64,000 nt of DNA from contig CAVZYR010000003.1 in the NCBI GenBank assembly GCA_963779605.1, forward strand, positions 1,011,377-1,075,376. Reading direction: 5' to 3'. The position numbers were made by a program, and so were the translations under genes. Below, piece by piece: positions 32,354 through 39,666 of this stretch (positions within the stretch are counted from its first letter, which is position 1; every line of letters begins with the position of its first letter). This DNA is from an uncultured Solirubrobacteraceae bacterium. GTDB taxonomy: Bacteria > Actinomycetota > Thermoleophilia > Solirubrobacterales > Solirubrobacteraceae. The notes below the pieces were generated by a model. That model searched no databases and was not told the DNA's origin. It saw only the letters and a program-made list of their open reading frames with translations.

Positions 32354-32896
32354 TCAGGAGGACCCGATAGCGACGCCGATCGCCAGCACGATCACGCCGC
32401 CAACCGTCACCACCAGCAGCGACGAGCGCATCGAGACGTGCAGGAAACGCTTGCGCAGCCAGGCGATCAGGAACAGCTCGACGGCGACCACGCATCCGGC
32501 CACCACCAGGGCCTTGTGGACGTCGGAGATGAAGAACGGAAGCGTGTGAAAGATGCCGCCGAGGGTGGTCATCCCACCGGTGATGGCGCCACGCACCACG
32601 GCGGAGCCGCGGCCGGTCTGCTCGCCGGTGTCCGACAGGGCCTCCGACCAGCCCATGCTCACGCCTGCTCCCAGCGCGGTCGAGAAGCCGACGAGCAGCG
32701 CGGTATGCGAGCTCGAGGCGATCGCCGCCGCGAAGATCGGTGCGAGCGAGGAGACCGTGCCGTCGATCATGCCGACGAGCGCCGGCTGCACGACGCGAAG
32801 GACGAAGTCGGGCTCGTCTTTGAAGCCCGCGCGGTGAATCAGCCTCGCGCTCAGCGAGCCGGCCGGCTGAGGTGCTGTCTTTGCCTGCATATTCAT
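32354..32896 (-). CDS. VIT1/CCC1-family membrane protein (resembles the membrane domain of MbfA-type iron exporters)
   Basis: VQPALVGMIDGTVSSLAPIFAAA, GAGVSMGWSEALSDTG, GGIFHTLPFFI; several TM segments. Confidence 0.8.
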   Translation of the reverse strand: MNMQAKTAPQPAGSLSARLIHRAGFKDEPDFVLRVVQPALVGMIDGTVSSLAPIFAAAIASSSHTALLVGFSTALGAGVSMGWSEALSDTGEQTGRGSAVVRGAITGGMTTLGGIFHTLPFFISDVHKALVVAGCVVAVELFLIAWLRKRFLHVSMRSSLLVVTVGGVIVLAIGVAIGSS

Positions 32897-32922
32897 GGCT
32901 GTGCGCGACAGCGTATGCCAAG

Positions 32923-32957
32923 AATCGGCTTAGGGCAGCCAAAATCGGCTTAGGGCA
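32923..32957. repeat. 15-bp direct repeat AATCGGCTTAGGGCA x2 (20-bp period)
   Basis: Copies at 32923-32937 and 32943-32957, upstream of the VIT1-like gene. Confidence 0.9.
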
Positions 32958-32965
32958 CCCTTATT

Positions 32966-32987
32966 GGATCGGCCTCGGATCGGCCTC
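32966..32987. repeat. 11-bp tandem duplication GGATCGGCCTC x2
   Basis: Copies at 32966-32976 and 32977-32987. Confidence 0.9.
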
Positions 32988-32999
32988 TCAGACGCGGAT

Positions 33000-33296
33000 C
33001 TAGCCGGGCGCGGCGGGCACTCGTTCCCACGATTCCGGCTGCACGGCGCCATCGGGGAAATCGAGCTCGGCGCCGCAGCGCGTGCACACGGCGTCGTAGA
33101 TCTTCGTCACCCGCCCGCAGCGCGGGCAGCGCCGGCGCAGCTCATCGCGCTCGGAGCGAAAGGCGATCGCGGCCAGCAGGCCGAAGAACGGGACGACTCC
33201 CGAGATCAGGAACCACAGGAAGAACGAGCTGCCCTTGACCTTGCCGACGATCCCGCCGGCCAGACCGAAGCAGACCGCGATGATCACGTAGGGCAC
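33000..33296 (-). CDS. Small membrane protein with C-terminal zinc ribbon
   Basis: Two hydrophobic helices followed by CPRCG...CTRCG. Confidence 0.8.
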   Translation of the reverse strand: MPYVIIAVCFGLAGGIVGKVKGSSFFLWFLISGVVPFFGLLAAIAFRSERDELRRRCPRCGRVTKIYDAVCTRCGAELDFPDGAVQPESWERVPAAPG

Positions 33297-33305
33297 GGCG
33301 GCGAC

Positions 33306-33497
33306 TCAGAAGAGGACGCGCCAGGCCCAGACGAGTCCGATCACGCCCAGGATCAGCACGACGGGAAGCGCGATCGCCAGAACGATCCCGATCACGATCT
33401 TCAGAACGACGTAGCCGACGATCACGAGGATCAGCGCGGCCACCAGCGTCCGGGCGATCGATCGCGACGAGGTCTCGGAGGACTCATTCATTTGCAC
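33306..33497 (-). CDS. Small two-TM membrane protein
   Basis: 63 aa, strongly hydrophobic, host-like codon usage. Confidence 0.75.
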   Translation of the reverse strand: MQMNESSETSSRSIARTLVAALILVIVGYVVLKIVIGIVLAIALPVVLILGVIGLVWAWRVLF

Positions 33498-33602
33498 ACC
33501 ACCCTGAACAGTAGTGCGGCCGGACAGGAATTGCTACCCCTGCCCGGCCGCTACCACTGGCGCCGGCCGAGGGAAGCCGGCTATCGGTGTGAGGACAGCT
33601 AG

Positions 33603-33806
33603 TTACGCGTGGCCTAGCCGGCCGAGCTCGCGGGCGTTCCGTACCGTTGCGATATCAACCCCGTTGACACCCGGTCGCCGTCCGACGCTGGTGAGCTTGT
33701 AGCGACGGATCCGCGGTCCCTGGCTGGGGCCATCCACCGACTCCTGTGGCAGCAGGAGGAACCGCCGAGGAGATGAGGGGCTTGCGTTCAGGCCTGAGGA
33801 GTTCAT
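33603..33806 (-). CDS. Possible small hypothetical protein (MNSSGLNA...RELGRLGHA)
   Basis: In-frame ATG at 33806 with TATCCT just upstream; central codons are GC3-rich; no recognisable motif. Confidence 0.35.
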   Translation of the reverse strand: MNSSGLNASPSSPRRFLLLPQESVDGPSQGPRIRRYKLTSVGRRPGVNGVDIATVRNARELGRLGHA

Positions 33807-33885
33807 GGCCAGGATATTGGCGGGCCGGGCCGCCGATGGCTTTGGCCCACCGTCCAAAATGTCGGTCCGAAGCGTGTCTGAGCTG

Positions 33886-35367
33886 TCAGATGCCGAGCTG
33901 CTCGTTGACGAGCCGGGCGACCTCGGTCCCGTCGGCGCGGCCCTTGGTCTCGCGCATCACGTGCCCGACGATCGGCCCGATCGCCTTGGCGTTGCCTTCG
34001 CGTACGCGCTCGGCCGCGTCGGCGTTGGCCTGTAGCGCCGCGGCGACGATGCCCGCCAGCTCATCGCCCGAGCCGATCGCGGCCAGACCCTCCGCCTGAA
34101 CGATCGCAAGCGGATCGTCGCCTCCCTCGCCGAGGAGCCTGTCCAGCACCTGGCGTCCCGCGCCGACGCTCACCTGTTTCGCCTGCACGAGCCCGACGAG
34201 CGCGGCCAGCGCGCGCGCCCGCACGCGTGAGGACGCCGGGTCCTCCCCATCCTCCAGACGCCCGGCCAGCTCGCCGGCGGTCCAGTTGGCGAGCGCCTGC
34301 GCCTCCGGCGCGGGCTCGACGTCGGCGGCGAGCGCCTCCTCGAAGTAGTCGGCGAGCTCTGAGCGGAACGCCAGTTGCTGCGCGCTCTCAAGCGTCAGCC
34401 CGAGCGCCTGGAAGCGCTCGGCGCGATCGGCGGGCAGCTCGGACATGGCCGCACGGGCGGCCTCGAGCATCTGATCGTCGATCGCCACGGGCAGCAGGTC
34501 GGGCTCCGGGAAGTAGCGATAGTCGTGCGCTTCCTCCTTCGAGCGCAGCGCAGTTATCGCGCCGGAAGCGGGGTCGAAATGGAGCGTCTCCTGGAGCACT
34601 CGCCCGCCGTCGGCGAGAATCGTCTCCTGACGGGCGATCTCGGCCCTGATGCCGCGTTCGATGAAGCGGAAGGAGTTCATGTTCTTCAGCTCCGTCTTCA
34701 CCCCCAGCGCGCTCGTCCCGGCGGCCCGCAGTGAGATGTTGGCGTCGCAGCGCAGCGAGCCCTCCTCCATGTTGACGTCGCTCACGCCCAGCTGACGCAG
34801 GGTCGTGCGCAGCAGCTTCAGCCACTCGCTCGCCTGCTCGGGCGAGCGCAGGTCCGGCTCGGTGACGATCTCGGCGAGCGGCGTGCCACCGCGGTTGAAG
34901 TCGACGATGCTCGCACCCGAGCCGTGGATGCGGCCGCTCGAGCCGAGGTGAATCAGCTTCGCCGCGTCCTCCTCCAGGTGCACGCGGTGGATGCGCACCT
35001 CTCCCAGCCGGCCGCCCCGGCACAGGGGCTCGTCGTACTGGGAGATCTGGTAGCCCTTCGGCAGATCGGGGTAGAAGTAGTTCTTGCGGTGGAAGATCGA
35101 CCGGGGCGCGAGCTCGGAGCCGAGCGCCAGCCCGATCATCAGGCCGAAGTGAACCGCGCGCGCATTGGCCACCGGCAGGCTTCCGGGGAGTCCGAGGCAG
35201 ACCGCGCAGGTGTGTGTGTTGGGGGGCTCTCCGAACGACAGCTCACAGCCGCAGAACATCTTCGTGGCCGTGGCGAGCTGGACGTGGATCTCAAGGCCGA
35301 TGACGGCCTCATAGGAGCCGCCGCCGCTCCCGTCCGTGCCATTGCTCTGACGCCCTGCGTCAGGCAT
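33886..35367 (-). CDS. gatB: Asp/Glu-tRNA amidotransferase subunit B
   Basis: IGLEIHVQL, RKNYFYPDLPKGYQISQ, HLEEDAAK, EEGSLRCDAN, RSKEEAHDYRYFPEPDL. Confidence 0.97.
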   Translation of the reverse strand: MPDAGRQSNGTDGSGGGSYEAVIGLEIHVQLATATKMFCGCELSFGEPPNTHTCAVCLGLPGSLPVANARAVHFGLMIGLALGSELAPRSIFHRKNYFYPDLPKGYQISQYDEPLCRGGRLGEVRIHRVHLEEDAAKLIHLGSSGRIHGSGASIVDFNRGGTPLAEIVTEPDLRSPEQASEWLKLLRTTLRQLGVSDVNMEEGSLRCDANISLRAAGTSALGVKTELKNMNSFRFIERGIRAEIARQETILADGGRVLQETLHFDPASGAITALRSKEEAHDYRYFPEPDLLPVAIDDQMLEAARAAMSELPADRAERFQALGLTLESAQQLAFRSELADYFEEALAADVEPAPEAQALANWTAGELAGRLEDGEDPASSRVRARALAALVGLVQAKQVSVGAGRQVLDRLLGEGGDDPLAIVQAEGLAAIGSGDELAGIVAAALQANADAAERVREGNAKAIGPIVGHVMRETKGRADGTEVARLVNEQLGI

Positions 35368-36859
35368 ATGCCTCGCCGCCGTCGAATTCGATCGCCTGCT
35401 CCAGGGCGTGCGCGGTGGCGAGCAGCCTGTTCTCGCTGAAGGCCGGCCCGCAGATCTGAAAGCCGACCGGGAGCCCTGCGGCGGAAGCGCCGGCGGCCTC
35501 AGCTCCCGCGCTGAGCCCGCACGGGATCGAGATCGCGGGGATCCCCGCGAGCGACATCGGCACCGTGAAGTAGTCGCTGAGATACATCGCCCACGGGTTT
35601 GCCGTCTTCTCGCCGAGCGCGAACGCCACGTTGGCCGAGGTGGGCGTGACGATCAGGTCGACCTGTGCGAACGCCTCGCGGAAGTCCTCGGCGATCTTCG
35701 TGCGCACCCTCTGGGCGCTGCCGTAGTAGGCGTCGTAGTAGCCGGCCGACAGCGCGTAGGTGCCCAGCATGATCCTCCGCTTGACCTCGTCTCCGAAGCC
35801 GTCGTGGCGGGTGCGCGTGTACATCTCGAGCAGATCAGCGGCGTCGGGGGCTCGATATCCGTAGCGCACGCCGTCGAAGCGCGCGAGATTCGAGCTCGCC
35901 TCAGAGGGGGCGATCACGTAGTAGGCCGACAGCGCGTGGGGAGCGTGAGGCAGATGGATCTCCTGCACGAAGGCACCCAGGCCTTCCGCGAGCTCGAGCG
36001 TCCTCTCGAACGCACGACGCACCCCCGGCTCGACTTCGGCGCCTCGGAGCTCGTCACTCGGATTCAGGAGCTCGGCGGGGACGCCGAGACGCAGCCCATC
36101 CAGACGCTCTGCCCGCGGCCGCTCGATCTCGCCGGGAAAGTGAAGCGACGTCGCGTCGCACGCATCGTGGCCGACCATGTGCTTCAGCAGGATCGCCGCG
36201 TCGGTCACGTCCCGGGTCAGCGGTCCGGCCTGGTCCAGCGAGGAGGCAAAGGCGATCATCCCGTACCGGGACACCGCGCCGTAGGTCGGTTTGAGCCCGA
36301 CGATTCCGCACAGCGCGGCGGGTTGCCTGATCGAACCGCCCGTGTCGGTCCCCAGCGCCCACGGCGCAAGCCCGGCGGCGACCGCCGCTGCGCTTCCGCC
36401 CGAGGAGCCTCCCGGCACCCTCTCGCGGTCCCACGGGTTGAGCGCCGGCCCGAACGCCGAGTTCTCAGTCGAGGAGCCCATCGCGAACTCGTCCTGGTTG
36501 GTCTTGCCCAACAGCGCCGTTCCCGCTTCCGCGAGGCGCTCGACGACCGTCGCCGTGTAGGGCGGCTCATATCCCTTCAAGATGAGAGAGCCGGACTGAC
36601 TCGGAACGCCCTTTGTGCAGAACAGGTCCTTCACCGCGAGCGGCACGCCGCGCAGGGGAAGATCCGCACCCGCATCCCGCGCATCGCCCTCGGCGATCCA
36701 GGTGAAGCAGTTCAAGCCGCCATCGGCATCTCCTCCGTGCTCGCTCGCGCGGGCTCGATAGAACGCGAACATCTCCCTCGGGCGGAGCTCGCCGGCCTCG
36801 ATCGCCTCGATCGCCCCGGCCGCCGACAGCTCGAGCAGCTCGCCCCCGGAAGGGCTCAT
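35360..36859 (-). CDS. gatA: Asp/Glu-tRNA amidotransferase subunit A
   Basis: VKDLF, GKTNQDEFAMGSSTENS, PGGSSGGSA, GTDTGGSIRQPA, RRIMLGTYALSAGYYDAYY. Confidence 0.97.
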   Translation of the reverse strand: MSPSGGELLELSAAGAIEAIEAGELRPREMFAFYRARASEHGGDADGGLNCFTWIAEGDARDAGADLPLRGVPLAVKDLFCTKGVPSQSGSLILKGYEPPYTATVVERLAEAGTALLGKTNQDEFAMGSSTENSAFGPALNPWDRERVPGGSSGGSAAAVAAGLAPWALGTDTGGSIRQPAALCGIVGLKPTYGAVSRYGMIAFASSLDQAGPLTRDVTDAAILLKHMVGHDACDATSLHFPGEIERPRAERLDGLRLGVPAELLNPSDELRGAEVEPGVRRAFERTLELAEGLGAFVQEIHLPHAPHALSAYYVIAPSEASSNLARFDGVRYGYRAPDAADLLEMYTRTRHDGFGDEVKRRIMLGTYALSAGYYDAYYGSAQRVRTKIAEDFREAFAQVDLIVTPTSANVAFALGEKTANPWAMYLSDYFTVPMSLAGIPAISIPCGLSAGAEAAGASAAGLPVGFQICGPAFSENRLLATAHALEQAIEFDGGEAYA

Positions 36860-37140
36860 GCCTGCGGGCTGGGGACCAGGAAGCCCCCGCCGCTCACCTC
36901 CGGCGCCTGCGCGAGCGCGAGCTCGCGCGGCAGGCAGGCGCGCGGCTCGTCTGGACGGAGCGCGCCCGTCACCTCCACCACGTGTGAGGTGGGCGGCACC
37001 TCAGCGAGGTCGAGCTCTGAGATCTTGGCGATATGGTCGAGAACCGCCGAGAGCTCGCGCGCCATCGGCTCGAGCTCATCCTCACCCAGCGCCAGACGCG
37101 CCAGACGCGCCACATGCAGGACCTCGTCGCGCTCGATCAC
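36856..37140 (-). CDS. gatC: Asp/Glu-tRNA amidotransferase subunit C
   Basis: EVLHVARLARL...FLVP; directly upstream of gatA. Confidence 0.93.
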   Translation of the reverse strand: MIERDEVLHVARLARLALGEDELEPMARELSAVLDHIAKISELDLAEVPPTSHVVEVTGALRPDEPRACLPRELALAQAPEVSGGGFLVPSPQA

Positions 37141-37159
37141 AGTGGGGCGGATTCTCCAC

Positions 37160-37494
37160 TACCCGTGCTGAGGAATGTCGGCCGGTAGCGGAGAGTCCGA
37201 GATTGCAGGCGTTTACGGGCTTCGGTGTGATCGAAGTAGGCGCGGATGCGCGAGATCTTGCCGTCGCGAAGGGACATCGATTACCCCGCGCGACCGAGGT
37301 CGGCGAAGGCTCGCTCGCTCGTCAAGCCACCGACGCCACGCCGAGGCCATCGCGGCGATGCCCTCGGTGCGGTCGGGATCGAGATCGACGTCCCTGACGA
37401 ACTCGATGTCGCTGTGCGCCCAATCTACCCGGCGGAAGTCTCCTTGTTCCCAGTCCGCGCAGATCGAACGCACGAGGTCCAGGTTCTCGGACAT
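37160..37494 (-). pseudogene. Frameshifted, internally deleted SnoaL/NTF2-like gene
   Basis: N-terminus [20 protein letters not shown]...WAHSDIEFV is SnoaL-like. The typical C-terminal strand [19 protein letters not shown] is read in another frame near 37278-37220 and the middle of the fold is missing. Confidence 0.7.
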
Positions 37495-37497
37495 CGG

Positions 37498-37914
37498 CTA
37501 CTTCCGCTCCTCCGCGAGGCGTTCGGCGGCAGCACGGGCCTCGTCGATGTCCGTGTAGGTCGTGTTGCGCACGATCAAACCGTCCACCCATTCCGTGACC
37601 GATCCGTAACGAAGCTGAGCCGAACCGCTGCTCCCGGCGACCCGCCCCTTCTGCAGTATCACCGCGAATGCGATTCCGTTCCCGAGATCACAAATCTCCT
37701 CGGCCTTCCACTCAATGCCGGAGTAGGAGCTGCGCCAGTCCTCAAAGAAGCCTCGCACGGCTGCCTGGCCCTCGAACACGCCCATCCCCCAGGGCGATGC
37801 ATCCCAGACAGCGTGGGGAGCGTAGAAGCCCACCGCTGCCTCCATGTCCTCGACCTCGATGCTCCTGCGTATCAGCTCCTCCAGGTCGGGGGTCGCGGAC
37901 TCCTCGGATGTCAT
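37498..37914 (-). CDS. SnoaL/NTF2-like protein (copy A)
   Basis: FYAPHAVWD, GQAAVRGFFEDW, EEICDLGNG, WVDGLIVR...YTDIDEARAAAERLA; about 77% identical to 46027..46443 by manual alignment. Confidence 0.88.
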   Translation of the reverse strand: MTSEESATPDLEELIRRSIEVEDMEAAVGFYAPHAVWDASPWGMGVFEGQAAVRGFFEDWRSSYSGIEWKAEEICDLGNGIAFAVILQKGRVAGSSGSAQLRYGSVTEWVDGLIVRNTTYTDIDEARAAAERLAEERK

Positions 37915-37956
37915 GCGCCGAGTATCCATCAATCCGAGCATCAGGTCAGCTCCGCG

Positions 37957-38091
37957 ATCTTCGAGGGGCGCCGTTCATACCCGTCCCTCGTCTTCTCCGC
38001 TGAGCGGGGGCGATCGATCAACCCCGAGCTGGTTACCCACCGGTTCGCCAAGCATCGCAAGGCGGCGGGCATCCCACCTGGGAGCCCCCAC
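37957..38091 (+). pseudogene. Possible remnant of a tyrosine recombinase/integrase C-terminal domain
   Basis: Reads IFEGRRSYPSLVFSAERGRSINPELVTHRFAKHRKAAGIPPGSPH, resembling the lVF..G..l.p..l..rF....k.AGi....H segment before HxLRH; no start and no catalytic LRH follows. Confidence 0.4.
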
Positions 38092-38293
38092 CCGGCGGCG
38101 ACGGGGGGCCAGCTCATCTTCCGTTTGAGCGCGCGGGCCCGCGTGCCGGTAGGTAATCTACCGACCGCACCGGGCGCAAACTGGAGTGATCGGTGCCACG
38201 CCCCCGGCCTGCCCCCCAGGTGCGGGGGCACTCGACTGAGAGGGGCTCCCGCAATCACCGAGAGCCGCGAGCGCGCTCGCGCCACGGCCGCGC

Positions 38294-38737
38294 TCACTGC
38301 GCGGGCGGTGGGCGCGGCGGCGGCGCCGCCGGCTCATACAGCGATGTGCGTTCGTCGCGCATCGACTGCCATGCGCCGGCGAGGATCAGCACGGCTCCGG
38401 CAAGCGCCAGCCAGGCGCCGGCGCACAGCGAGGTCGCGTGATCGGGTCGCTCGATCACCCTCACGAGCGCGGCGATCACGGCCACGAGCCCGAGAGCGAA
38501 GGTCCACACCGCGGCGGCGACGGGCAGCGCCGTGCTGCGCTCGGTGACGGTGGCGGCGACCAGCGCCAGCGCCGCGCCCGCCCCCAGCATCAGGAGCACC
38601 ATGGCCGGCCCGAACGTGCTCCACGCATCGAGCGAGCCGGTGGGGGTTTCATACCAGCGCAGGAACAGCGACACGATCACGCAGGCGGCCCCCGCAAGAG
38701 CCAGGAGCTCGCCGACGCGCATGCGCTTGAAGTTCAC
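38294..38737 (-). CDS. Hypothetical four-TM membrane protein
   Basis: Four hydrophobic segments and a Pro-rich tail; 4 nt downstream of folD. Confidence 0.78.
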   Translation of the reverse strand: MNFKRMRVGELLALAGAACVIVSLFLRWYETPTGSLDAWSTFGPAMVLLMLGAGAALALVAATVTERSTALPVAAAVWTFALGLVAVIAALVRVIERPDHATSLCAGAWLALAGAVLILAGAWQSMRDERTSLYEPAAPPPRPPPAQ

Positions 38738-38741
38738 GGCG

Positions 38742-39623
38742 CTATGCCTCGATCGGCGCGTGCCGGCGGGCCGCCTGCATCGTGTTGCCCAGCAGCAGGG
38801 CGATCGTCATCGGGCCGACCCCGCCGGGCACGGGCGTGATCGCCGAGGCGACCTCGGCGGCGGCGGCGAAGTCGACATCGCCGACCAGTCCACTGTTATT
38901 TCCCGCCTCCTCCGGGGTGATCCGATTGATGCCGCCGTCGATCACCACCGCTCCGGGCTTCACGAACTCCCTCCCGATCAGCCTCGGGCTCCCGACGGCC
39001 GCGATCAGCACATCCGCGCGAGCGCACACCGCGCGCAGGTCGCGGGTGCGCGAATGACACGTCGTCACCGTGGCGTTCTCCGCTAGCAGCAGCTGGGCCA
39101 TGGGCTTGCCGAACAGGTTCGAGCGCCCGACCACCACGGCTTCGGCGCCCTCCAACTCGACTTCCGTGTCCGCCAGCAGCTCCATCACCCCGAGCGGCGT
39201 GCACGGCCTAAGCCCCGGGCTTCCGAGTGACAGCGCCCCGACGTTGACGGGGGTCAGCCCGTCGACGTCCTTGCCCGGGTCGATCATCGCGGTCAGCGCG
39301 GGACCGTCGAGGTGCTCGGGCAGCGGCAGCTGCAGGAGCACCCCGCTGACCGCGGCATCGGCGTTCAGGTTCGCGAGCTCCTCGGCCACCTCCTGGAACG
39401 ACGCCGCCGCATCCAGGCGGCGATCGAACGGGATCATCCCCACCTCAAGGCACGCGCGCTGCTTGCCTGCCACATACACGGCCGAGGCCGGGTCTTCGCC
39501 GACGAGCACGGTGGCCAGCCCGGGCGGGCGGGGGGCGTGCTTGACGAACTCCTGCACCTCGCGGGCGACCTCGCCGCGCACGCGCGCCGCGATCGCCTTG
39601 CCGTCGATGATCCTGGCGCTCAC
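38742..39623 (-). CDS. folD: Methylene-THF dehydrogenase/cyclohydrolase
   Basis: IIDGKAIA, LLQLPLP, KDVDG, PCTPLG, VVVGRSNLFGKP, GDVDF, ITPVPGGVGPMT. Confidence 0.97.
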   Translation of the reverse strand: MSARIIDGKAIAARVRGEVAREVQEFVKHAPRPPGLATVLVGEDPASAVYVAGKQRACLEVGMIPFDRRLDAAASFQEVAEELANLNADAAVSGVLLQLPLPEHLDGPALTAMIDPGKDVDGLTPVNVGALSLGSPGLRPCTPLGVMELLADTEVELEGAEAVVVGRSNLFGKPMAQLLLAENATVTTCHSRTRDLRAVCARADVLIAAVGSPRLIGREFVKPGAVVIDGGINRITPEEAGNNSGLVGDVDFAAAAEVASAITPVPGGVGPMTIALLLGNTMQAARRHAPIEA

Positions 39624-39666
39624 GACGCGGATGCTAAGGGTTGCGGCAGACCATCGACGCGGAGAT

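Noticed and set aside
32327-32360. CTGATGAG hammerhead-ribozyme-like core downstream of the VIT1 gene
   Set aside because: No downstream GAAA and no supporting stems.
32923-32987. Short direct repeats as a mini CRISPR array
   Set aside because: Only two 15-bp copies with a 5-bp spacer, and no cas genes.
33600-33810. tmRNA, SRP or 6S identity for the gatB-downstream region
   Set aside because: No tRNA-like ends or ALAA-type tag, no SRP helix-8 consensus, and no convincing 6S central bubble; kept only as an unassigned candidate.
37246-38547. 433-aa plus-strand ORF and its analogue 45637..46461
   Set aside because: Antisense shadows of the SnoaL genes; only the short integrase-like stretch was retained.
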